DNA of 32,445 nt. Source: Octopus bimaculoides (taxonomy: Eukaryota). This document shows, piece by piece, positions 1 through 12,173 of the stretch (the first letter of the stretch is position 1; each line of letters begins with the position of its first letter). The notes under the pieces were generated by a model. It worked only from the letters and a program-made list of their open reading frames with translations. It had not been told where the DNA came from and searched no databases. Where the stretch lies: positions 132,759,728-132,792,172 of the forward strand of contig NC_068983.1 in assembly GCF_001194135.2 (NCBI RefSeq). Direction: 5' to 3'. The position numbers were made by a program, and so were the translations under genes.

Positions 1-49
<49 letters not shown>

Positions 50-54
50 ACACA
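1..54. repeat. (CA)n microsatellite
   Basis: Direct reading; near-perfect CA run with one interruption. Confidence 0.97.
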
Positions 55-1407
55 ATATATACAGGCGCATATATATGATTGGCAACAGATAGAGTTGTGC
101 ATACATTACTAAGAGCTTCCATTCAGTTCCCATTCTTCAAATGCCTTTTACAAGATTACTGTTCAACCTTAGGCGTTAGTCACAGAAAACAATTCGCCTA
201 CAAAACCAGGTATTGGGATCGGCCTTCGTAGTAAACTGTTCTGAATAAACATATCAACGCCTATTTAGCTAAATAAATAAATAATGAAAACCTAAATGAG
301 TGAAATATTACAGCAAATGCTAAACAACTTAATCGAAGAGCACCAAGGGATTATTCTTAGCGTATTATCACAGAGTAGGAAATGTATTTTCTTATATTAG
401 TCGGAAAATGTCATTATGATACGTTATTAGATTTTAATGCGACCTTCTCCATTAATAAATTCGTTTAGGATACGGAGAAGTTGTTAACATGCAATGCCTC
501 TCGGGCATTGTGTAAAATATTTGCATGCATTGCGTAATATATTTCGCTAGATATGTCTCTATACCATTGACAAGAAAATTATAAACAAACAGAATCCACT
601 CAGTCAAAACTTAGAATAAACCTTCTCAAATGTGTAACTGATACTTTTTTCTCTGTTTTTTTTTAAAGAACGTTCGTCCTCATGAATTTTTCTACGTGTC
701 AAAGGTTTAAAAAAGAAAAAAAGATTTATTCGGATATCCTGCAAGATTTGGGAGAAGAAATACAAAGGGCGCGTTCTGACACACGAATTCATAAAACCAA
801 TAAGATGTACCCAGATAACGGCCTTGCTTAAGCGTGACTTATCCGTGACTTTTTGGCAAAGCTCAACTTTTGTCATATCACCCAGCTGACTTTTTTTCCG
901 GGACTCGCCTCTGAGAATTTTGTTCCTATATTTCAAACATATGTAGAATATACAAATAATTAATCGACAAGTATTTGTTACGAGAACTATGTATTACAAT
1001 TACAAACGGGATCAGATGGGAGCAGTAAGTTGAAGGAAATGTCGGAAATTGTGGAGTGAGATTAAATTGTAAATCCTAACTGAAATATCATTTTCAATAA
1101 ATTGTCTAGTTTGTTTTTCCCACAAATCTCTGAAACAGAGCTCCAAAAAAGTAACACATGTCATTACTATATTTATAGTTTAGTCTCCGTTAAATAACTC
1201 ATAAATGTTTCGGGAAATTCGCAGTATCACAATTAAAATCGTATGAATATATCAGAATCTTTGTTAGTACCATTTATTCTAGCCAGCATATTGTATGAAA
1301 AGTATAGTTCTGTGATGTAGATCACGGACAAAATATAATGCAACCAATCTGAACATACGAAAATCAATTCGTTTTAGCACTGGATAAGAGACTGAAGTCA
1401 TTTTTCA

Positions 1408-1429
1408 TGTGTGTGTGTGTGTGTGTGTG
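1408..1429. repeat. (TG)n microsatellite
   Basis: Direct reading. Confidence 0.95.
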
Positions 1430-3127
1430 AACAAGGATGGATCTAGCAATGCATATGTAAAAGATTAAAATCTATAACATATTTTTAAGTAATCTTTACT
1501 AAAATAAATTTTGATTCGATGAATTCTTAAATCAATTTCGATTATAATAGTCTAGCTAATTATAAGTGTATGTAACATGGTCATGGAATGCATAAATAGG
1601 TATACTTATCAGAGTAATATCACCTGATGTTTTTACAAAGGGAGAAAAAAAAACCTATCGAAATATTATGTCGAAATAGTTAGGGGATGAGAAAGGAATA
1701 CAAAAATATAGAAATAGAACAAGGTAAATAAGAATTTATTTGCTTTAGTGTTGTCTTGGTTTCCATTTGGAAATATATAACAGTACTACCAAACGAAATC
1801 ATTTTACAAAATCATTTGTCACTAACCTCAAATATGCAAGGTTCTATCAGCAAATTTAAATAATACGAAAGCTAAATCTGGGAAATGTCTTAGCTGCTAT
1901 GTTAAGATTATTCATCAGCAGGATTCGTGACAGTAATTATAAATATGACATTGTATAGTTCCATGTTTAGGCTCCTGCTTCATTTATATCCTGCCACTAA
2001 AGTATTAAAAGGAAATAATGGTTTGTTCGTGTGTTTATTTGCATATTTTCGTTTTTTTTTTTTTTTGCTTTCATGTATTCTTATTTTTGTTTTCGATTTA
2101 TCCCACACTTTGCGCTTTTACATCAACACCGAACAAATGTTTAAATCAAATATTAATCATCGAGTTTAACCAGGTTTATCCTGTTGATCTTTGTGGTTCG
2201 AATATCCAATCATGCCACATTGCGTGTGATTACAGATTATAAGAACACGGTATAATTATAAAGACTGAAAAAAAAAATATTCTGAACCAAAACAGAAGTA
2301 AAGTATGGAAACAAAGATGATAAAAACGAAATATATGACTTAGTCAGCGATAAGTTTAACGGCAACAAAACTGCAACTACTAAAATAGCAGCTATAAACT
2401 GATATGAGGAAAGTGCTGAGAAAATGTTATGAATATACCTAAAAATCATAATAATGAATTTAAAACACAATCAGGAAAGATTTTATATAGTAAAAGAAAT
2501 ATTGTAACTAATCTTTATAGTATTTAGGTATTTCACTTTCGCAAGGAGACGGGCGAGGCATATCAGAATCTGTAGCAGAGTGTTCGACTTATGCTGGTGA
2601 GTCCGCAGAATTATTAGAGCTCTGTATAAAATGATGACGGAAAGAGAGAAAAAGTAGAGTAACGGATAAAATAAGCAGTAATATTTGTTACAGCTTTTTA
2701 CGATTTGCTTGCAAATCCCGATGAAGTCAATATCTGAGATCGACACCATCAATTGTAACGCACTGTGCGCAAAAGTAATGCCGTGAAATCAATATCCAGT
2801 TATTCTTCATTCTGCCCTGATTTCAAGATTTCGAAGTCATAAACCTTACAATTTCATCCTTCCACAATTCACAAGACTATCCGTAATGTTTCCCTTTAAT
2901 GGGTTTTAAATTCTGCCTTGAAATTGTGACATCCAGCTAATGATAAAAAGTGTTATAATAAACAAGTCAGGCTCACGTTTATGATTACTTTCTCATGAAG
3001 GAATTCAATCGCTAATATTTCGACTAGCAAAAATGCAATTCAACGGGCTTTTATACAGACTAAACGTGTATTTACTATTTACACATGCGAAAGCACTCGC
3101 CAAAAATCGGGCTAATATGAAATATCT

Positions 3128-3192
3128 CACACACACGCATATCTATATGTAGATATGTGCGTGTGCATGTGTGTGCGTGTGTTCGTGCATGA

Positions 3193-3266
<74 letters not shown>

Positions 3267-3275
3267 TCATATATA
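3128..3275. repeat. Compound (CA)/(GT)/(TA)n microsatellite
   Basis: Direct reading; long interrupted TA tract at ~3193-3275. Confidence 0.93.
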
Positions 3276-3695
3276 TAAAGTTTTCACCTTTATGGATTTG
3301 TTCCTGCTTCTTATGCAATATTATATACAATCTACCTCCATACATAGAGACAGACAGGTAGATAGACAAATCGATAGATAGACACATAAGTGATAATCTC
3401 ATAAGTTTGTTTATGCATGAGTGAACATTCGTCAATGGATTTATGGACATACATGGTTCTGCGTTGAAGCTATTAGCTTCAAAATATCGACAGACTAGTT
3501 CAGACTTGTTATAGTTTATATATGAAATAGCACTTATAGCTGCAATAGTTTATCATGTAATATAGTACAGTGAAGTGTGATTGTAAAGAACTTAACATCC
3601 ATCACATAAATTAGTAAGAGACATTATAGATGCCCGTATGAGACAGAAGTAATTTATTCAGTGACAAGCCTCACACTACGTTTTCTTTTCTTCCG

Positions 3696-3722
3696 TTCAA
3701 GGTAACATTATGTTACCTTGAA
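3696..3722. repeat. Perfect 27-bp palindrome (13-bp arms, 1-nt spacer)
   Basis: ttcaaggtaacat-t-atgttaccttgaa; the arms are exact reverse complements. Confidence 0.95.
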
Positions 3723-4290
3723 ATACATAATACATTTAAAACCAATTAATTCAACCGTAGTACAATAATTTCATAACTTTTATTTAAGATATATGTCTCA
3801 TCAATGTCCCAGAGTAAACTATGCATTTACAAATTTATCATCCTTAACAAATAAATTCCTTCAGATGAAAATTCTGCTTAAAAAAAATAATAAAATTAGA
3901 AGTCCAACTACAGAAGATTACCGGAACAGTGATAAGAGATTAAGATAAGGAAAGAAAGAAAAGAACGCACAAAAGGATCAGGAAAAATTATATTCTCTGT
4001 TGTCGGCTTGGATTTTTTCATCGTTTCGAAAGCAAACACTAAACCGAGCGGACAACGCTGTGGCAAGAAAAGAAAAAAGTGAAAAAGAAAACACATTATC
4101 ATTGCTTCGGAGTAAACAAAAAAACAAAACAAATAGGTACCTTAAATAGAAAACAAATGTAATTATAAAACAGCTTATCAAATATGTGTTATAAAACATG
4201 TAAAAATAAGCATACGAAAGATATGAGATGTATACACCATACCTGAATGAAAAGTCTATATAACTGAAACTACGTGTGAAAGATACACAT

Positions 4291-4320
4291 GTACACAAAC
4301 ACACACACACACACACACAT

Positions 4321-4366
<46 letters not shown>
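4291..4366. repeat. Compound (CA)n(TA)n microsatellite
   Basis: Direct reading. Confidence 0.95.
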
Positions 4367-4894
4367 CTGTAACTATAAAACAGAGTTTGTATGTATGTGT
4401 GTGCGTATATTCCTTATGCATTCCAAAACCGAGTTGCCGATTTTGACGTATGGGATATCAAAAGATTCAGTACTATTTCCGCTACCAAGTAAACTTTATT
4501 TTCATTGACATATTTCCATTAAAAACATCTAAAATTATAGTCTTTTCCATAACTATCTATCATAAGCATTTTATACGACGGCGACGATGATGACGTCACA
4601 TTTTATATATGAATGTGAACCTTAAAAGACATCCATCATTACGACACACACCTTCACTCACTCACTCTATCTCTCTCATTCTCTCTCTTTCTCTCGCGCA
4701 CACACGCACACACCCACGTCTAGTTCATATACAGATACATACATCCTATCTTTACGGAATGATCGAGTAATACGCAGAATGAGAAAGAGACAGAGAGAGA
4801 AGAGTAAGAAACAGAGACAGAAAACAAGCTTCTACAGAAGAAGTTGAAAGACGGATAGCGGGTGAGAGACAAACTCTGATGTTTCATACCCTAT

Positions 4895-4974
4895 GTATGT
4901 TCTATAGTTGAAAGTGAAAGAAAGCCAGCACAAAATTGATATCGTATGTTCTATCGCTGAATGTGAAAGAAAGC
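4895..4974 (+). repeat. 31-bp direct repeat, period 49 bp
   Basis: gtatgttctatagttgaaagtgaaagaaagc (4895-4925) vs gtatgttctatcgctgaatgtgaaagaaagc (4944-4974), 28/31 identical. Confidence 0.85.
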
Positions 4975-5204
4975 GGCGCGAAGATAGAAGAGAAGGGGAC
5001 GCCGAGAAACAAGGTCGCGTCGTACAATTTTAAGGTCATTTTCACTTTCGTCCCATGTTTCACGTGTGCGTAGAATTAGGCACTTTCTTTGTTTTTCAAT
5101 TTCTCATTATAATGTACAGAGACCTTCTGCTGCTAACATATTACAACTGCACTACCTTTCGTTCTTTTGGAATTTAGAAAGGTATGCAAAAATAACTTCC
5201 TTTG

Positions 5205-5206
<2 letters not shown>

Positions 5207-5236
<30 letters not shown>
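5207..5236. repeat. (CA)n microsatellite
   Basis: Direct reading. Confidence 0.95.
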
Positions 5237-5240
<4 letters not shown>

Positions 5241-5992
5241 AAATTTGTGTATGAATTATGTTATGTTTTGCTGTGCGCTAAATTGCAGCTCAAATCCTAT
5301 GGCCATTACTTTTTCCTATTAAGAAACATCCCCTTATTCACTGAAATGTGTCAATTCAATTCAAGCGCCTCCAGTTCCTAGTGCGATTATGCTTCGCTAT
5401 GACAATCAACAAAGTCCAGGGTCAAACTTTAAAAATTATGAGTCTCAATTTACAAATACTCTGCTTTTCTCATGGACAACTATATAACGCATGCTTTCGA
5501 GTTAGCTAGTGCAGATGACCTGTATGTTTATTCTATCAATACTAGGTTTACGCAAAACATAGTTTACCCAGAGGCATTGTCGGTTTCACTTAACATATGT
5601 TGATGTGTGCTGTCTGCCCAAACATTAGATATGATGCTTTTTACAATGAATCAGCTTTCTTTCCATGTTCCATACTTTCTACAATACGAATACCTCTACG
5701 TCGTCAAATTCCTTAAATCCATCAGTCTAGATAATTCTGGGGGGCAATATTAGGATTTCCTTCTAATCTAAGCTGTCATTCCACATGTTTTTGGTATCCA
5801 CAATTTCAGCATTGTTCATTACAAAATGACCGAAAAACATGTTTATAAAGAAGAATTGTTTGCTTCACACTCATCGTGTGCGGATTCTGCCCATAAAAAT
5901 GAAACAAATAATACAATGTGGCTATAGGTCATAACACCCAGGCAACGCCAGGATGCATTGCTAGTGTGTGTGTATACATACATACATACATA

Positions 5993-6811
5993 NNNNNNNN
6001 NNNNNNNNNNNNNNNNNNNNNNNNNNNNNNNNNNNNNNNNNNNNNNNNNNNNNNNNNNNNNNNNNNNNNNNNNNNNNNNNNNNNNNNNNNNNNNNNNNNN
6101 NNNNNNNNNNNNNNNNNNNNNNNNNNNNNNNNNNNNNNNNNNNNNNNNNNNNNNNNNNNNNNNNNNNNNNNNNNNNNNNNNNNNNNNNNNNNNNNNNNNN
6201 NNNNNNNNNNNNNNNNNNNNNNNNNNNNNNNNNNNNNNNNNNNNNNNNNNNNNNNNNNNNNNNNNNNNNNNNNNNNNNNNNNNNNNNNNNNNNNNNNNNN
6301 NNNNNNNNNNNNNNNNNNNNNNNNNNNNNNNNNNNNNNNNNNNNNNNNNNNNNNNNNNNNNNNNNNNNNNNNNNNNNNNNNNNNNNNNNNNNNNNNNNNN
6401 NNNNNNNNNNNNNNNNNNNNNNNNNNNNNNNNNNNNNNNNNNNNNNNNNNNNNNNNNNNNNNNNNNNNNNNNNNNNNNNNNNNNNNNNNNNNNNNNNNNN
6501 NNNNNNNNNNNNNNNNNNNNNNNNNNNNNNNNNNNNNNNNNNNNNNNNNNNNNNNNNNNNNNNNNNNNNNNNNNNNNNNNNNNNNNNNNNNNNNNNNNNN
6601 NNNNNNNNNNNNNNNNNNNNNNNNNNNNNNNNNNNNNNNNNNNNNNNNNNNNNNNNNNNNNNNNNNNNNNNNNNNNNNNNNNNNNNNNNNNNNNNNNNNN
6701 NNNNNNNNNNNNNNNNNNNNNNNNNNNNNNNNNNNNNNNNNNNNNNNNNNNNNNNNNNNNNNNNNNNNNNNNNNNNNNNNNNNNNNNNNNNNNNNNNNNN
6801 NNNNNNNNNNN
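5993..6811. other. Assembly gap (N run) flanked by (TACA)/(TA) repeats
   Basis: N characters. ORFs that span it are artefacts. Confidence 0.99.
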
Positions 6812-6827
6812 ATATATATATATATAT

Positions 6828-6960
6828 AGTGAGAATTTACAAAACACCAAAAAGACGAAGACGGGTAAGTAACCAACAGACAGATTTATTCGTTTAACGT
6901 TCGGGAAGTGAGAAAGTCTATTATGTTTCGAGCCTATGCTCTTCGACAGAAAGGAACACA
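6828..6960 (-). mobile_element. Penelope-like terminal remnant with degenerate minimal hammerhead ribozyme motif
   Basis: Minus strand reads CTGTCGA-A-GAGC(atag)GCTC-GAAAC (6949->6925), then AATAAA (6890->6885), then ~55 nt to a (TA)n array. The core differs from CUGANGA at one position and stems I/III are weak. Confidence 0.55.
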
Positions 6961-7641
6961 AAGACAAACGGAAAATAGAAAAAGGTTTAGTAGCTAACTA
7001 TTTATCATAGCGAATCGCGGACTGGCGTGTGTGTTTGTGTGTGTGTGTGTGTGTGCTGTGTGCGCATGCCTATTTTAGAGAAGCATTTTTCACTAACCTG
7101 TATTAGTATCTAGTTTAGCATATGAGAACATTATAGCAAAAGTTCCCTACCAAGTCATGTCTTTATTTATCCTTCAACACCCTTTTGATATTTTTTCCTG
7201 ACAACTTACTACATTCTTTCAATCGAAATTTTACAGTTTTCTCTGTCTTAATACAAATCCGGTACTTGACAAGATGCTGGTTTTCTCAAATTTACATTTG
7301 AAAAGAATGTTTCATCGATGTTTTGTTCTTAAGCAGCAGTTAGAAGGTTTTATATTTCGCTGTTTTGTCATTCATCTTTGAATACAAAGAAGAAAAATGA
7401 TGGCTACACATGTGATAGCTTCTCATTTCGTGAGAAGAAATAAAAAGAAAATTTTTTTATGAGCATTTTAGTCTTCATTGTAATCCATTACTTGTCTTGG
7501 TTGTACGCCTCAGAAATCTGTTTGAATACAAAAATTACTATACATATGAATAGATAGAAAGATAGATAGATGGATGGATGGAGAGAGGGAGAGAGGGAGA
7601 GAGATGTGTACTATATGTGTGTCTGCATGCGTGTTTTTATG

Positions 7642-7682
<41 letters not shown>

Positions 7683-7864
7683 NNNNNNNNNNNNNNNNNN
7701 NNNNNNNNNNNNNNNNNNNNNNNNNNNNNNNNNNNNNNNNNNNNNNNNNNNNNNNNNNNNNNNNNNNNNNNNNNNNNNNNNNNNNNNNNNNNNNNNNNNN
7801 NNNNNNNNNNNNNNNNNNNNNNNNNNNNNNNNNNNNNNNNNNNNNNNNNNNNNNNNNNNNNNNN
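7683..7864. other. Assembly gap after (GT)n
   Basis: N characters. Confidence 0.99.
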
Positions 7865-7984
7865 CTATTACCCACCATCACTTCATTGCATAGTTCTAGT
7901 TTTCAAATGAATCCATCGTACTGGCTTTTCAGGCAGGTCATGATTACCTCTACACTGGTCTAGTTTCCAAACTGTGTCGAACAG

Positions 7985-8268
7985 AGTGCGTATTTCCAAA
8001 TGATTCTTTTCTCTCCTCTCCGTAAGTTGTTTGATAATTTCATAGTCACCAGATTATCTAAAGACAGGAGCACAGCATCCGGGAAAACTAGCAGATTTCC
8101 GTACGAACTATAGCACGACAGATCACATATTCATTCTAACACAGCCTGCAGACCTTGCGAATGACTAAGAGCTGCCTCTTTCGTTGAGGACAAAAAGGCC
8201 TTCGATTGGAAGCGCAAAGTGACGAACCTCAATACAATAAATTACTGTGAGATGCGTTTTGCTGATGC

Positions 8269-8305
<37 letters not shown>

Positions 8306-9075
8306 CTTCTAACGCATCAGTAAGTGTTCCGATTGGGTAGGTCGTCAAACAAAGAAATACCAACTCTCTAAAGTTCTTCATTGCAGATCTAGAAATGGTC
8401 ATCAGAATCATTGCTAGAGCAAATGGCGTGAACATCAAAGGTGAGCTACAACATCTTTCATTCACAGATGATATTGGATTCATCATAGACACCGCAGATA
8501 ATCTGTGAACATTTTGATAGATTTAGATAAGCCGTAGGTCTTAAAATGAACCGCATGAAAACAAACTCGAGATGCGCAGTAATGAAACCTAGAAGATAAA
8601 GTAATACTTCTACTTAAGACACAGTGAATATGCACAGAGATATGAATGATGAAATCTCGAAGACAATATAGGCTAGATGAAAAGTTTTTACCCAGTAATG
8701 GCTTTGCTCAAAGCAAATCTTGACAAGACCATACGTGCCAAAGTACTGAATTACCTGCTCTTTCGTACGCTAGATAGACATTGTCTACTTCGAGGAGTAA
8801 AGAATATCGATTGGCTATGACGCAAAGGGTCATAGAAATCTCCATCCAAGTATTATGAATACGATGGCATATTCAAAATAGATAACTCGAGAACGGGGAG
8901 CTGTGAAAGATATAGTCGTTGTTGACGAACATCAAATGCACTGGAAACGCTGGGCCGGAAGTCTAAGTGTTCAAATACGACAGGAATACCAATGCAGTTG
9001 TCGAGCGCTATCCAAAAGATCGGAAAAGACCACTGGAAGGCAACCTCAACGATGGGGAATGCTTTATGATTAGCG
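7985..9075 (+). mobile_element. Decayed RTE-clade LINE, reverse transcriptase and C-terminal fragment
   Basis: Manual translation across stops and frameshifts gives ADFRTNYSTTDHIFILTQ (cf. AGFRxxYSTxDHIF), FVEDKKAFD, GVVKQRNTNSLKFF (cf. GVRQGDTISPKLF), LQHLSFTDDIG (FTDD at 8461-8472) and HWKRWAG...GRQPQRWG. A (TA)n tract interrupts it at 8272-8302. Confidence 0.85.
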
Positions 9076-9155
9076 ATGTTAACAACTGATAGTCCAGTGG
9101 GTACAGTGTTACAGTAATACACATATACATACAAACATGTATATATACACACGTC

Positions 9156-9198
<43 letters not shown>

Positions 9199-9454
9199 CG
9201 TGAGAGAGTTAGGGGTTGGGGTTCAACCCACTAAGGGATAGTATCTATCCAGTATACTGCTGGGAGGGTACCCAATTATTGCTACACTAGTGCTATACTA
9301 GGTGCAATCAATGGCAGCGGGTAAAAGTGGAGGTTTTACCCAAAATTTGTGTAACAATTAGAAGATGGAGGATAATATGCTGACCCCAACTACTTGCAGA
9401 CGGTGTATCCCGTTGAATTCATTAATTTAATTCATAGCAAAAGTGACAAAAAAA

Positions 9455-9969
9455 NNNNNNNNNNNNNNNNNNNNNNNNNNNNNNNNNNNNNNNNNNNNNN
9501 NNNNNNNNNNNNNNNNNNNNNNNNNNNNNNNNNNNNNNNNNNNNNNNNNNNNNNNNNNNNNNNNNNNNNNNNNNNNNNNNNNNNNNNNNNNNNNNNNNNN
9601 NNNNNNNNNNNNNNNNNNNNNNNNNNNNNNNNNNNNNNNNNNNNNNNNNNNNNNNNNNNNNNNNNNNNNNNNNNNNNNNNNNNNNNNNNNNNNNNNNNNN
9701 NNNNNNNNNNNNNNNNNNNNNNNNNNNNNNNNNNNNNNNNNNNNNNNNNNNNNNNNNNNNNNNNNNNNNNNNNNNNNNNNNNNNNNNNNNNNNNNNNNNN
9801 NNNNNNNNNNNNNNNNNNNNNNNNNNNNNNNNNNNNNNNNNNNNNNNNNNNNNNNNNNNNNNNNNNNNNNNNNNNNNNNNNNNNNNNNNNNNNNNNNNNN
9901 NNNNNNNNNNNNNNNNNNNNNNNNNNNNNNNNNNNNNNNNNNNNNNNNNNNNNNNNNNNNNNNNNNNNN
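9455..9969. other. Assembly gap
   Basis: N characters; (TA)n on the right side. Confidence 0.99.
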
Positions 9970-10006
<37 letters not shown>

Positions 10007-10046
10007 AAGGAAAACAAGGGACATAAGGAATGAGGGGAAACGTTAC

Positions 10047-10234
10047 ATATACTGAGTTTCACGAAATTCAGTGTATGTAATAAAGTATCTTAGTAAAAAC
10101 GTAACACCTGACGAGATGCAGACTGCAAAGATCGATGCAACACAAGTAGCCGTGCAATATGCCACTCGTAAGGGACAGACGCAGGATACATCGAAACAAT
10201 CGATACGTTGAATAAATGTTTTTGATAAATCCAT
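10047..10234 (-). CDS. Possible host exon encoding a Cys-rich N-terminus and one hydrophobic segment (unidentified)
   Basis: ATG at 10234, MDLSKTFIQRIDCFDVSCVCPLRVAYCTATCVASIFAVCISSGVTFLLRYFITYTEFRETQY, possible donor AT|GTAACG at 10046. No recognisable homolog, and the antisense frame is also open. Confidence 0.25.
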
Positions 10235-11018
10235 TTTTCGTTTCCCTCGTTTATTATAAACCCGACGAACACCACAGACTCCTTGACACAAATCCAGTGA
10301 CAATTATACCATAATTGACATTAGGTTGCTTAAACGGAGTACGTGCTTTAATCGGGATTCTACTAGAAATATACCCAAAGACCAAATAATTACTTACACA
10401 CACACACACACGCACATGCACATACACTCACATACACACGATCTCATTCCCATGTGAATGTCTTAATGATCTTCCTTATCTTTTACTCTTTCTATTTTAT
10501 TGTATAATTTTTTTATATCTCCATTTCTTCTCTCTATCCCTCCCACTGTTTGTATTGTTTGCGAAACGAAATGCATCTTTTTCTATATATAAGCATACAT
10601 ATGACCTCAAGTTATCTCTATATTTATGTTTACTAATTTTTTAAAACTATTCCTTGCTACATCGTAAATAAGTGTCCCTTTGAATGTTGTCTCTCTACAT
10701 AATCCTCGATATTTCTAAAGACCATTTTTCTGTGCATTCGTCACATATTCATACAAAACTCATCCCTAACTCACACGCTAACAATATTGCCTTGTGTGAT
10801 GTTTTTATAACTCCAACGTATCCACTATGTTACACTGTATGCAGAGATATTATAACAAGATTATGATATCAGCTAAAAGCCATCAGCCATATAATTATTT
10901 CAGCATTTTCACTTTGATATCGATATTTTAACATTATCACGCGTGTAATGCACTTTGAAACAAATGTTCACACTTCCTGACGGTGAGAAGCGCGTGGTAA
11001 TTGAGGGAGAAGACGGTA

Positions 11019-11045
11019 ACAATAACAATAATAATAATAATAATG

Positions 11046-11103
<58 letters not shown>

Positions 11104-11115
11104 TGATGATGATGA
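11019..11115. repeat. (AAT)n followed by (GAT)n microsatellite
   Basis: Direct reading. Confidence 0.96.
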
Positions 11116-12105
11116 TAAAACTGACACATATATTATGCTAGCATGCGATTTGCGCATCTTTATCTCAAAATACGCAATGCACATGGTTGCATGCGTGTGA
11201 AGATGTGCATATGAGTACGAATGCCTAATATAGATTTATAAAACATGAAACTTTCGATATTAGCCCCTGAACAAACGTACACTTTCCTCCAGCTGCATAT
11301 ATGTGTGTGCATGTGCGTATGCGTATTCGTGCATGTGTGTATAATGTGTGTGTGTGTTTGTCTGTGTTTTATGTGTGTGTGTGTGTGTGTGTGTTAAATT
11401 ATATCAATATTACAATGATACACTGAATCAAATGTAGTGTTCTCAAACGTAATATGAAGGTTTGAAAATAATAAATACATGAAAGATCAGTTATATCGAT
11501 AACTAAAGACAGAGACAGTCATGTTCTGCTGCTTCTAACTCTTGTACTCCATCTCCATAAAGAACATCCCATCTTTAAGTAGGCTGACCTTTATACTGTA
11601 CCATCCAACTTAAATCGCTTCATTAAACAAAAGATATTCTACAGATTGACACGCACGTGATTACTTTCAACTCAAGTATTGACCTTTTAATCGAATAGTT
11701 TCAATTAAAGCGTTGTCTTCGTTCTCACGTAACTTGATAGCAACTCTCCATTACTGACAGGTATTTTCTTTTCTTTAACAACAGAGATTTCCTTCCTGAA
11801 AAATTATATTTCATTTCACTGATTCATTCATTGATTTACAGTAAATTCACAGAAGGCTTAAAACATCTGACAAAACAGAGCTACTGTATTTTTTCCGGTA
11901 GTTTACATTCTCAGTTCAAATCCAATCTAGGTCAAACTTATGCTTCATACACTCGATGTCAGAAAACTAAAGTAACAGTCAAGTACTGAGGTGCATGTCA
12001 TCTACTTACCCACTCAAATTTGAAATTGCTGACATTGTACAGCAATTAGTTGCAATCATCATCACCATTATCACAATCATCACCACCACTAGCACTATGA
12101 TCGTC

Positions 12106-12108
<3 letters not shown>

Positions 12109-12171
<63 letters not shown>
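12109..12171. repeat. (TAA)n array, left flank of R4/Dong-like element
   Basis: Direct reading, ~21 units. Confidence 0.97.

Positions 12172-12173
<2 letters not shown>

Noticed and set aside
489-513. Short hairpin atgcaatgcc-tctcg-ggcattgtgt
   Set aside because: Only 7 Watson-Crick pairs plus wobbles; expected by chance in 32 kb.
723-758. DLFGYPARF-GRR, resembling an amidated RFamide neuropeptide
   Set aside because: An in-frame stop at 708-710 lies just upstream, with no usable splice acceptor in between, no signal peptide and no repeated peptide copies; likely chance.
2508-2621. Minus-strand acceptor followed by SSNNSADSPA*VEHSATDSDMPRPSPCESEIPKYYKD*, suggesting readthrough or RNA-editing recoding of the stop
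   Set aside because: Short, no homolog recognised, and the overlapping 89-aa frame is equally plausible. Recoding UAA would need two edits, and nothing in the sequence supports that.
10110-10200. CTGACGA motif as a possible hammerhead core
   Set aside because: No stem II closed by GAAA at a suitable distance.
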